A DNA stretch of 64,000 nucleotides, taken from Lama guanicoe (taxonomy: Eukaryota). Position numbers and translations under genes: made by a program. Shown in pieces: positions 24,610-35,700 of the stretch. Every line of letters starts with the position of its first letter. The stretch's first letter is position 1. The notes beneath the pieces are model-generated. The model saw only the letters and a list, made by a program, of their open reading frames with translations. It had not been told where the DNA came from and ran no database searches. The DNA lies in NCBI GenBank assembly GCA_013239625.1, contig MU055600.1:8806738-8870737 (forward strand). Reading direction: 5' to 3'.

Positions 24610-24762
24610 CTGCTGGAAGTCGCGTTTCATTTCCCAGTAAGAGAGTTTATGGACCCCCAAGGCTGCTGGAAGGAGGAGTTACAAGGAATCAGAGTCATAA
24701 AGGAAACGGGTGTTTACGTGAGCCAGCTCTGGGAAATCCAGGGAGCTCTTATGTGGACAGAG
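24610..24762 (+). other. Candidate 153-nt exon (possibly a pseudoexon)
   Basis: Acceptor ttctgcctctctcag| and donor GAG|gtgagg. Phase-0 frame open (LLEVAFHFPVREFMDPQGCWKEELQG...ALMWTE). Peptide not recognised. Confidence 0.18.
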
Positions 24763-24929
24763 GTGAGGTCAGGGCCTGAGAGGGGCAGCCTTTACATCTC
24801 AAATGTGACACATCTGAAAAACAAAAAGAAGACCAGCAGAGCTGGGTCTCAGAGTGTAAGAAACGAGGCTAGGGAAACACGTATGGCCTTGGGTTTTCAG
24901 TCTGTCCAGCATCTTTGGGAAAATACCAC

Positions 24930-25250
24930 TCCTCCATTCTTAGTCCTTGAAATTTAGTTGGGGCTGAGGGCCACCTTCTACTTTCTAGATTGGGCAACTG
25001 ACCCAGACTTGACCAGTTGTTTATTTCTGTCCCCATCTCCCGCCTCTGTCTCCAGCCACACTGCTTGCTACAGGAATAGCCAGGTTACCTAAGCAGCTCC
25101 AGTAGTTGTTGCCCCTCGGATGCTCTGGTGCTGTCATGGGGAAGTTCTCTCTGATTCTAGACATGTCTAATTAACCTTGAGGTCTCAGGAGTTTTCCTTA
25201 AGGAGAGCCTAAGAATGCAGCCTCATAGAAGAAAGCAATATTATATGATT
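24930..25250. mobile_element. Possible ancient ERVL/MaLR LTR fragment
   Basis: ccattcttagtcc...tgacccagacttgaccagt...gttacctaagc resembles old MLT1/LTR16-type elements. Highly diverged. Confidence 0.35.
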
Positions 25251-25419
25251 TGAAGGAAGAAAAAGTAAAACATACTCAGAAAATAACATTCAGCCCTAGA
25301 TACAGTTGTAAATGAAATCAACCAAATGCTTTCAGGTTTCAGTTTTAGGGGCACTGCATTTCCTTGTTTTGTCCAAGTTAGTTTGAGTTGGACTGTTCTC
25401 ATGTACAGTCTAGAGAAAT

Positions 25420-27065
25420 ACATACAGGGCATGTTCTTCTAGGCCAAGATAAGGATTTGAATCCTTTCCCCAACAACAAGGAAAAGTTATTGAAAGGTTT
25501 AAGCAAGAGACATGCCCAAGTTTGTGTTTCAAAGGCATCACACTGACTGCACTGTGGACAGCAGAGCCCAGGGAGCCAGCAATGCTGTGAGTGGCAGATT
25601 GGGGTGGTGTAGACAAGAGAGGGGGGTAGCATGGAGTTGAGTAGCAGAGCTCAGGATGGAGAAAACAACACACGTTAGAGAGATATATAGGGTACAAAAT
25701 GGAATTACGGTATTAATGAGTTAAGGGTGGAAATTAAGAAAGAATTATTCAACATCACTCCTAAGTTTCTGGCTTGGAGAAAGTAGTTGAATTAGAGAGT
25801 TGCTCAAGGAAAAGTAGAGAAACCTGTAAGAATCACAAGTGCGGAAGGGGCGTGAGGATCATGAGTTCACTTTTTAATGTACTGTGCTTGTGGTGCCTTT
25901 GTCAATTAGGCGTGGAAGTTTCATTTTTGTGGCTAGAAAGTTGGACCCGAATTTCAGAGAAGCGCTCTAGACAGGAGATGTTCATTTGCAAGTCATCTGT
26001 GAATTGATGATAGTTTAATTCATGGGCACATGTAAAATCAGAGGTTAAGAGTGGCATGCACCCCAATGTTCACAGCAGCATTATTTACAGTAGCCAAGAC
26101 ATAGAAACACCTAAATGCTCATCGACAGATGACTGGATAAAGACGTTTTGCTATATTTATCCAATGGAATACTACTCAGCCATAAAACATAGTAAAATAA
26201 TGCCATTTGCAGCAACATGGATAGACCTGGAGACCATCATTCTAAGTAAAGTAAGCCAGAAAGAGAAAGAAAAATACCATATGATATCACTTATAGGTGG
26301 AATCTAAAAAAAAAAAAAGGACACAAATGAGCTTATTTACACAACAGAAACAGACTCACAGACATAGAAAACAAACTTATGGTTACCAGGGGCTAAAGGG
26401 GTGGAAAGGGATAAATTGGGAGTTCAAGATGTTCACATACTAACTACTATACATAAGATAAATAAACAAGTTTCTACTGTAGAGCACAGGGAGCCATATT
26501 CAATATCCCGTAGTAAATGATAATGAAAAAGAATATGAGAAGGAATATATGTATGTATATATATGACTGAAATGTGCTGTACACCAGAAATTGACACACC
26601 ATTGTAAACTGACGTTACTACAATAAAAAAGTAAATTTAAAAAAATGGTATAAAATCCAGTGGTTTAAAAAAAAAAAAAAGAGTGAGTAGAGAAAAGGCC
26701 TGTAGCTGGACCTTAAGGGTATATTGGGCCCAACGTTTAATAGCTACATAGAAACGAATGAATCTGCAAATGAAGATAGAGAAAGGCAAACAGAGAGACA
26801 GGAGGAAATCAAGGAGGCCGTTGTGTCGCCTAAGGCGGGAGAAAAGTGTTTGAGGATCTTGCGATCAGCCATTGCTGGCTGCTGCTGGCAGCTCTGACAA
26901 GCTGAGACCTGAGAAAGTATTAATCAGATTTAGCAACATGCATGCCACTGGCGACCTTAGGAGCTGTTTCAGTAGTGTGATTTGAACAAGTCAGATGGGG
27001 TGGGCTGAGGAGTGAGTGAGGAGTGAGGAAACGGAGACAGGTTATCATAAATAACACTTCCCAGG
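25420..27065 (-). mobile_element. L2 LINE, long, interrupted by L1
   Basis: ggccaagataaggatttgaat...ttgaaaggttttaagca...atgagttcacttt... resumes at 26686 with gatttagcaacatg...gctgtttcagtag...ggctgaggagtgagtgagg. Confidence 0.8.
26054..26678 (+). mobile_element. Young 5'-truncated L1: ORF2 C-terminus, 3' UTR and poly(A)
   Basis: Encodes the L1 ORF2 end DDWIK..YIYPMEYYSAIK..IMPFAATWIDLETIILSKVSQKEKEKYHMISLIGGI*. AATAAA and A tail present. TSD aagagtg at 26047-26053 and 26679-26685, preceded by TT. Confidence 0.92.
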
Positions 27066-27194
27066 CAGTAAGCCCTTCACCTGCAAAAAATGAACCTACC
27101 AGCCACTAAATACATGCCTGCCAAATTGATATTCGGGGTTAGATTTGCCTAGATCTTTCAGAATCAAGAGCGCATGTGTGCTTGACTGTTTGCC

Positions 27195-27460
27195 CATTTG
27201 GTTTATTTACGTTCAGTCAACATTTACTAAGAATATACCCCGTGTTAGGCTCTGGGTTACTAAGCTGAACAGGACTCAGTTCTTGGCTTTGAAGAGCGAT
27301 CATTTAGAGGGGGAGACAGACTTGCAAAGACAGTGGTCCAGTTCAACATGGCAATGCACTGAAGGCATACAGAGGAGATACTCCTGAGGGGAAGGCCTCC
27401 TGCAGGATGTGAGAGCTGAATCGAGTCTTGAAGGATATGTGGGGTTTAAGTTTATTTCTG
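27195..27460 (-). mobile_element. L2 3' end
   Basis: ttcagtcaacatttactaagaat...gggggagacagac...ggaaggcctcctgcaggatgtgagagctga. Confidence 0.7.
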
Positions 27461-28289
27461 TGGAAATATAACTGTTCCATACATGGAGCCAGTCCATTAA
27501 GTATAGACGTCAATTCAGTTAGCCTTCATGCACCCGATGGAAAAAATGCACAGAAAACCAGACATCGCCTTATTTACACTCATCACATGGCCTTACCACC
27601 ACTAGTTGGCTCTGTATCCACTGAAAAAGAAAAAGGCAGAGCTGTTAGGTGTGTATTGAAAAGAGTCTCTCCTAGACTTCTTAGCTCCATGGGGTTTCAG
27701 AATGAAATATACCAGCTCCACAGGGAAGCCTCTGACAGATGGGAACCTATTTAACAAGCCATGGAAAATGAATAGTTTGGCTCTGAGACGGACTACACAG
27801 TCACGGAAAAAATCTGTTCTCAGAGTTGTGGGTGTTGGCAGGACCCAATGACCCACATTCAGAAAAATTTGTCTATTAATTAGGGCAGGTGGTTCCATCC
27901 CAGAAAGCTCTGCCTAGCAACTGTAACTGAGAGCATCTGCAACTTCAGTCCTGGGTAAGAACTTCAGTGTGAGAAATCGGGGTGGCATGTACAGTAGCAA
28001 GAAGAGTCTCTGAACCTAAGCCCAGTGCTCTGTCTGTGCCCCTATTTTCGCTTCACCCAGATGAGTAGTTTCTGACAGCCCAGTAGATCCCCAAGACAGA
28101 ATCAATCCCCTCCGGACCCGCGCAACAAACTTAAAAGTCTGTGTGGCCTTTTCCTCTGGCTCATGAATACCAGTGATAGATGGTTTCAAATAAGGATATT
28201 AAAATAATGTTTGAGGGTCATTGCAGAATGATCGAGACAGAGAACAGATACAGTGGAGCAAAATTTTGTACATTCTTGATTTGGTATTT

Positions 28290-29350
28290 CTTTCATTTAG
28301 TTTGTGCACTCATTGAACAAATATTTATTTAGCATTTTTCATAGATGGGGGGCACAATATTGAATAAAACAGTGTCTGTGCTTAAAAACCTAAAATCTGT
28401 GGGAGGAGATTAACAAAGTCATTTCAGTGCAGTGAGATCATGCTACAGGAGGGAGCCTTAAGTGTAGGGAGCTCTTCGTGCAAGGAGTCCTGGAAAGAGG
28501 TAGGCGACCCGATCTTTACGGGTCACGGAAGGCTGATGCGAGAGTTAATGTGTAAGGAGAATTAAGGTTCATGTTGAGGAAAAAGGAGAGGAAGGTGTTG
28601 TATGAAGTGCTAACAATACGTATCAAGGGGGGAGACATGAACAGGGCATATTTGTCGATTGACTAATGGCTTGGGATTTGGAGGGCTAAGACTGAAGTAT
28701 AAGAATTGAAATGGAGTTGTTGAATAACTATGTTGTACACCTGAAACTAATATAATATTGTAAGTCAACTATACTTCAATAGAGAAAAAGAATTAGGCAT
28801 CAGAAAAAAAAAAAAAAGAATTGGGATGGAGAGGTAAGCGGGGCCGAGATCATGTGGGGTCGCAAATGCCATGCTAAGGAGGTAACATGTTAACCTTTAG
28901 GGAGTCACAGGACAGTTTTAACTGAAAAGAGACAGACTCTTGTTTGCACTTTGGAAAACATTCACTAGTCACTTGTTCATTCATATTGAGGAAATGCTTA
29001 CAAAGCCTCTGTTTACGCCAGGCTCTGCACTGAGCATGGAGTAAAGTGGGTAAAGCAGGCTTGGTCCCTGCCCTTGCGGAGCTTACAAGTGGGACAGACC
29101 TTTTATGAATGATTTAAAGAGTTGATGGGATGTGCATATAAGACATGAAGAGGTAGAGGTTCGAGGCAGGGAGGCAACTTAGAGTCCGGTGGCAGGAAAC
29201 CTGATGGAAGATGGTGGTGGCTTACACCAAGGCAGAGAGTGGACTTGGGAGGAAAGGATTGATTCCAGAAATCATATAGAAGTAGAGGCCATAAGACACT
29301 GTGCCTGAATAGATGAAGAAGAATGCAGGAGGCAACTGGGATCTCCTGGT
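28290..29350 (-). mobile_element. Cluster of L2 fragments
   Basis: ttcatttagtttgtgcactcattgaacaaatatttattt..., ttgttcattcatattgagg...tggtccctgcccttgcggagcttaca. Confidence 0.7.
28717..28815 (+). mobile_element. Very short L1 3' terminus with TSD
   Basis: tgttgtacacctgaaactaatataatattgtaagtcaactatacttcaat plus an A tail. TSD aagaattgaaatggag (28701-28716) / aagaattgggatggag (28816-28831). Confidence 0.8.
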
Positions 29351-29729
29351 GACCATAAATGTCTCTTGATGCAATGACTTGATAACAGGGCTCAGTCTGT
29401 TCAGCAAAAGGAACCTACTCAAATTTTGCAAATCCATTGGTGCATCTTAGAAGTAAATCCTGCAGTGGTGAGAGATGACTTACACATCCAAGGCTGCACT
29501 GCTATTTGGAGCGAGCTGTCAATATCTCCCACCCTCAGCAGAAGATCACTGGGCATAGCCGGTTTCTGGGCAGCTGACGGGAAAAAGGATTAGTGCAGGT
29601 TAAAATGCAGAAGTCTATTTAAAATTTCATATCTGGGCCCTTTCATGGGCCAGAGCTCCTGCAGTTGCAGATTTTTCTTCTATTTTTAACTCATAGCAGG
29701 AGATTTTTTTTCCCCAAGATAGCACTATA

Positions 29730-30645
29730 TTTTAAATTAAATATTGAATTATGAATATTTCAAACACAGAAAAACATGTAGAAAATGATATAACAGACAC
29801 CTACATAGCTATCACTAATATTTTTTAAAAAGTTAGCTTTGTATCATATTTGCTTTGGGGATCTTTCTTAAACAGTTAAGATATCATTACATCATGATTG
29901 CTATCTCTTCATCGTCCTGAATGTACGGAAGGAAACCATCGCTGCAAGCTGGTGGATGTCATTCTGTATGCTTCTACATTCACTTGACACGTAGGTATCC
30001 ACAAACAGCACACAGTTTATTTAAAAATCTTACAGCAATTATGTCATACCTGATCATTTTCTATCTTGTCTTCTTCATTCAAAACGTTGCTCTTGAGATT
30101 TTTCTCCGTTGATAAAAGTGGATTCAGTTCATTCATTCTAATGACAGTATACATCCCATTGCATTGATAGTCAGTTTGTGGATCTGTTTCCTTTACCAAG
30201 AGATAGTAACTTTCTATTCTTCCACTTGTGTGCGTTACACTTCTCTGTGTTGGCTGTTGAGAATCAGAATTGCTGGGCTGCATCCTCTTCAACACTTGGT
30301 GAACCCTGCAGTTACTTTATGACAGTCTGGAAGTAAAATCGTATCTCATTATTGTCTTAATATCCATTTTTAATTCTTAGGTAAGTGGAGCTCTTCCTCC
30401 CATAGCTTATTAGCAATCTGAGTTCCTCCTGCTATGAGTCACCCATGTGCTTTGTCCATTATTCTATTTGCTGTTTCTCTTTCTACTATTCTCCACTCTT
30501 CCTTGTTGATTTGGAGACATTTATTTTATATCCTGACTACTTGGTCCTTAGTTCAGTCCAGGGGTTAAAATGATTTTAACCCAGTCTGTGACTTTGTCTT
30601 TTCATTTTTCTGCTGCTCTAATTTCCTTCATGGAAATTTGTTTTA

Positions 30646-30676
<31 letters not shown>

Positions 30677-32570
30677 GTTTGTGTGTTTTATTTAACATGT
30701 TTTGAAATATGTGCATGAATTTTTTTTTCCTTTTGGATTTTTGTTTACTGTTTAAGAAATAGTTTCCTAAGCTCACAATAAAGCTGTTTTTTCTATGTTT
30801 TCTTCAAAGAGCTTTACAGAATTTCTTCTCATAGTTCTGCCTTCTAAAAAAAAATTCTATAAAAGGAATCATATACTATGCATTCTCTTGGGGGTGATGT
30901 TTTTACTCAACATGGGGTTTGTAAAATTCATCCATATTGCTGCATAAAGTTGTAGCCTATTCATTGCTGCATAATATTCCTTTGTGTGAATACTATTTAT
31001 CTGTTGCATTAATTTTTCCACTGAATCCTTGATGGGCATTTAGGTAGTTTCTAGTGGGGAGCCATTGCAAATACTGTTGCTATGAACACCATTGTGTCTG
31101 TTTTTCCGTGAATACATGTGAGTAATTCTTTGGATATAGATTTAAGTGTGGGCTTATGGAGTCATAGGGCTCACGTATATTCAGCTGGTAGTAGATACTG
31201 ACAAGAAGTTTGTCAGCACTTATGAAACATTCTGATGCTCCACATTACTATTTATTGATATGGCCTTTCTTTATCATTGATTCATTCTAATGGAGAATAG
31301 TGATATCTAGTTTTGGTTTAATTTGCTTTTTTTTTTCCAGATAACTAATGAAATGGAGCCTCTAATTTGTATATTTCACAAACCATTTGAGGATGCTCAT
31401 TTATGAGGAGGCTGTTTAAATTTTTGCTCATTGTTCTATTGAATTAGTTGTGTTTTTGTGGTTGATTTAGACACAAATGGGCACAGTACACTTTTCACTT
31501 CCTTACAAGGGTATTTTGGAGAGTAGGTATTCTTAATTTAACGAATATGGTATTTTTTTCCTTTCTAGCTAGTGTTTGTGTCCTGTTCAAGAAATCTTTG
31601 CCTACTTCAAGGCTATGCTGTTCTTTTCTGTGTTCTTCTTAAAGCTTTATTATTTTGCCTTTCATGTGTTGGTCTGAGATCCACATTTAATTTTTGTAGA
31701 TAGATTGATGTAGGGATCAAGATACATTTACTTCCCATCTGAAGTGTGGGAAGTATCCCAAATGAAGATATCCAGTTGACACAATACCATTTATTGAAAT
31801 AACCATCCCTGCGCTCACTACACTGCAGTGTCATCTTTGTCATAAATCAGGCAACCGTGTATGTCAGAAACTATTTCTGAACTCTGATCTGTTCCACTGA
31901 TCTATTTGTCTACCATTAGACCAAAATCACACTGTCTTAATTATTATAGTTTTAAAATAGGCCCTGCTTTCTTGGTGGGTATGTCCTGCAATTTTGTTTT
32001 TCTTCCTCAAGATTACCTTGCCTATTCTTGGACATTTGCATTTTCATATAAAAATTTAGACTCAGCTTATAAAGTTCCACAAAAAGTATGTTTGCAACCT
32101 GACAACATGAAATCTTTTATTCTATGACCAGAGAATCCCCTTCTAATTAATTGGTTCTTTTTAAACTTTTCTCAATACTTCAAAAAATTTCTCATCTTAG
32201 AAGTCTTGCACAACTTTCATTGATTTAATCATAGATATTAAACATTTTATGATAAACAATATCCTTTAAAATATATTTATTTGTTATTGCTTTATTATGT
32301 TTCATATCTTTTTAAAATAAGTAAACCTGATTTGTTCAAGCCGACCATTTCTGTAGTTACTGACAAGTTCAGTCCACTTACATTATGTGTTAATTTATTT
32401 TTCTCTCATCTATTTTGAATTTTCATGAATTTATAAGGTTTGTCTTTAGTTTTATCTCTATATTTTCTGCCTCCCATAGGACTGATTAATTTTATTCCTA
32501 GCTTCCTCTTTACTGTTTTGGAAGGTGCACATTATGCTTTTGTTCTTTTATTGGCTTGCCTTAATATTTC
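29730..32570 (-). mobile_element. Nested ancient L1 (L1ME/L1MC-type) fragments with ORF2 remnants
   Basis: T-rich antisense L1. ORF 31613-31843 contains YFNKWYCVNWIS (cf. ORF2 SLFNKWCWENWI). Also ccagttgacacaataccatttattgaa and a (TTTTG)n tract at ~30645-30680. Confidence 0.8.
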
Positions 32571-32584
32571 AACATAATGCCTCT

Positions 32585-32685
32585 TTTGTAGGAGTTGGTA
32601 TGAGGATTTAGTGGCAGTAATGAGGCAGTGTATTCAGAGTGCACGGCCCATGGTATGTGCTCCAAAAATGGTAATTATCATTATG
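32585..32685 (+). mobile_element. MIR 3' part
   Basis: gagttggtatgaggatt...cccatggtatgtgctccaaaaatggtaattatcattat. Confidence 0.65.
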
Positions 32686-32794
32686 AGTATTTTGTGACTC
32701 TTAGAAATAGTATCAAGATACAAAAATCGTCATCTTCCCTCATTTCCTCTCTTGTATGTATCTCTCTGTTATCGCTCTCTCTCTATCTTCCTAG

Positions 32795-32814
32795 GACTGG
32801 ACATTAAACCTATG
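32795..32814 (+). CDS. Candidate 20-nt microexon of an unidentified + strand host gene (coding status uncertain)
   Basis: Long CT tract ...tctctctctatcttcctag|GACTGGACATTAAACCTATG|gtaagt, a consensus donor. Possible readings: xLDIKPM (phase 1), DWTLNL (phase 0), or in-frame TAA (phase 2). The exon ends in ATG. It lies in non-repeat DNA. Confidence 0.4.
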
Positions 32815-34700
32815 GTAAGTAAAGGACTTTGCTAGCTGAGTTATTTTATCACAAGAACAAAATTGAGTCACTAAAAGCGTGGGAGCTGGCTCAACCCAGA
32901 ATGGCTCCCAAAGACGGTACAATGCTGGGTAGTGACGTCTCGACTTGAGGCTTATGTGAGACTAGACGCTGACACACCCTTTTCCCATCCAGCCTCAGCG
33001 TGGCTTTTCAAACGTAGATACTGACACTGGGATCATCTACTGGGCGGAACAGGCACAAAGGGCTTCTGCCCTAAGGAAAATAAAGTTTTTGATTAGGATG
33101 CTTCTGTTAATTAACAGAGTTGTGCTTTTTCATTCCCGCTAAAGGGCTTCTCCCCACTCATCGTGGTCCCCCATCTCATCGTGGGTCTTCCGGCTCCCAG
33201 CCCAGTTCTAGATTTGGGCTTCAGGGACTTTGTACCCTGCAAAACTTCTGACTAAAGTCACCATCTCACAACCCTGTTCATTCAGATACCAGTCCTGACA
33301 TAATCTGGAAATACATCTATCAGAAGGCCTCGACCCATTCCAAAGATTCATTATCATTTATTTTATTTGGTAATTATTGGACAGTAACAATTATGTACCT
33401 TTTGGATGTAATGTCTGACTCATTATTGGACCCAGTGCTAAGTGCTAGATAGGATCTCTCAGTCCAAAATATATATTTTTTCTACCAAGGCAGACAGGAC
33501 AATTCAGGTGTAAACTTTATGAGAGACAGTAGGATTTTTTTTACCTCTTCCCATTGTTTAAAAATGTGTTTGAATTACTACGCAGTCCATTCTGATCTTG
33601 TTTGAGGAACTGGAAGCAAGGTCCAGAAGCAACTGTCTCCTGCTTTGGTGTGGGCTTTGGAAAGATGGGATGAGACTGGTGGTGAGAAAGTCATTTGTAA
33701 GTGAAGCTGATCTTGGATCATACGTCAACACTGGAGTTCATCTCTGCTTCTAGTTGACGTTACGGTTTGAGTATATCAAGCAAATTAAGGGTTGACCAAG
33801 AGAGGGAGACCGGACAGTGGGGAAGGGGGAAAAGCCAGCTTTTAAGTCCTAGAAAACATTTTTTTAAATGTTGAGATCACCTGGACCTTTGCCTCACAAC
33901 AGTAAAGCAGGCATTTACTTCTCTTGAAGGTCAGCAGTGAAATGTTTTAAGAGTGGGGACATATCTTTGCTGAGTTTGCTCAAAGCCCCCAAGCTAACAA
34001 CTTTCCACGTCTGCCACGTCTGCTTTTGACTGAAGTGAAATTAGTTTCAACTTACAGTAACCAGACTCTGTCGCCACCTTTTGCTTGTTGGTTTCTTTTA
34101 AGCGACACTCCATCTCTCCGATGGCATGCATAATTAGCTAAAGGGCTGAGAAGAACAGCTGGATCTCAGGGGAATCCACACCCATGAAATGGCTTCATTC
34201 CTTCCCAATTGCTTATGCTTTCCAGTTGTTTTAAGCAAGCTTTCCACTGAAAGAAATCATTACCTTAATTGTTACACCCCCTGCCCCCCCCACATCCTCA
34301 TTGCTACCTTCCCTTTTCGTTAATCTGTTTGAATGCATGTCTGTTCTCCTGCTGTGTGTCCAAAGACTCGGTTCTGGTTCTCTATTCTGTTTTCTTTCTC
34401 GTCATTTTCAAAGGTGTGCTTTGGTTTCCGGTTGATCAGCTGCTAGGGAATTCTCTCGAGCTGGCTGGAGCTATCTGGAAATGAATTCCGTCATTTGAAA
34501 CAAAGATTTCTATTTATTTTTTACCTTCTCTTTCCCTTTTGGAGCAGGAATGGGCTTGCTCTCCTGCAGGGCACGCAAGCAGGCGTAGCGTGTCACTATG
34601 TGCCTGAGAGTGTCTTCAGCCACGGCAGCCTGGTCCTGTCTCCAAGGTGCATGACTCCCTGTTAATTTCTTGGCATCTCTGGTTTTAAATTACACAGAGA

Positions 34701-35026
34701 GGTTATGGGGAGATGTTGGCCAGAGGGCACGACATTTCAGTTACGCAAGGTGAATAAGTTCTGAAGGTCTCGCGTTCAGCACGGGGACTATAGTCAATAA
34801 TACTGCATTGTCTACTTGAAATGTGCTAAAAGAGTCTATCTTTTAAGTGTTCTTATCACATGAAAAAAAATCCTAGCCATGTGAGGTAATGATTATGTTA
34901 ATTGGCTTGACTGTGGTCATCACTTCACAGTGTCTGTGTATGCCAAAACGACATTGTACACCTTCAATATATACAAATTTTATTTGTTAGTTATACTTCG
35001 TTAAAGCTTTCTTTATGCTGAAAAAA
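34701..35026 (+). mobile_element. L1MA8/9-like 3' end
   Basis: ggggagatgttgg...tttcagtta...gaataagttctg...gactatagtcaataatactgcattg...gctaaaagag...ttgtacaccttcaatatatac. Confidence 0.85.
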
Positions 35027-35104
35027 TTACTTTAGAGGAATGGCTGAGAGGTTCTGTGGGGCTCTGGCCCATTCACTGAGGAAGTTACACTTCTAATTGC
35101 GGCA

Positions 35105-35350
35105 GGGACAGTGCTGAACTAGAGATAAGAGTGCAGATTTTGAGTTCTGAGTGACATGAGTTGAAATACCCCACCCAATACTTGCTTGCTGTGTGCGCCT
35201 TTGTACCTGTACCTCAGTTCTCCATCTGTGACTTGTGAATGGTAATACCACTTTCCATAAAGAGGTGTTGTTAATTTTAAATGCGGTAACTTATATAAAG
35301 TGTTTGGGACAGAGCTGGCACATTAAGCTCCTATATGTCATGTTAAATAT
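35105..35350 (+). mobile_element. MIR SINE
   Basis: taagagtgcagattttgagt...cttgcttgctgtgtg...cctcagttctccatctgtg...aaagtgtttgg..ctggcacattaagctc. Confidence 0.75.
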
Positions 35351-35554
35351 TAATAATGATGCTGATAATGCTGGAGCAGAGAGAGAGTGCTGTTCCCCAC
35401 GGAGGCAACCTACTGATGGAATTCAGGAAAAATATATCCAGAAAGTTAATTCGCTCTGTGAACTGGTTGACTGCAAACAGGAGATGTGGTTATGCAAATT
35501 CCAGAAATAATAGCTGACATTTCTTTCAGCTTGCCAGAGCGTATTCACTGCCCC

Positions 35555-35700
35555 GATGGCTTTCAAATCTTACTGTGAATAAAAAATCCCTGGGGAAGCG
35601 TGTTGCTAATGCAGGAGCCCAGGTTCCATCCTTAGAGGTTTTAGTTGAGTTGCCGTGATGTTCAGGAGTCTGCTTTTAGGAAGTAACCTAGATGCTTCCA
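35555..35700. mobile_element. MER5-like DNA transposon
   Basis: ctttcaaatctt...aatccctggggaagc...aatgcagg...caggagtctgctttta. Confidence 0.5.

Noticed and set aside
26056-26307. Protein-coding gene
   Set aside because: This is a truncated L1 ORF2 C-terminus. The same applies to 43348-43644 and 31613-31843.
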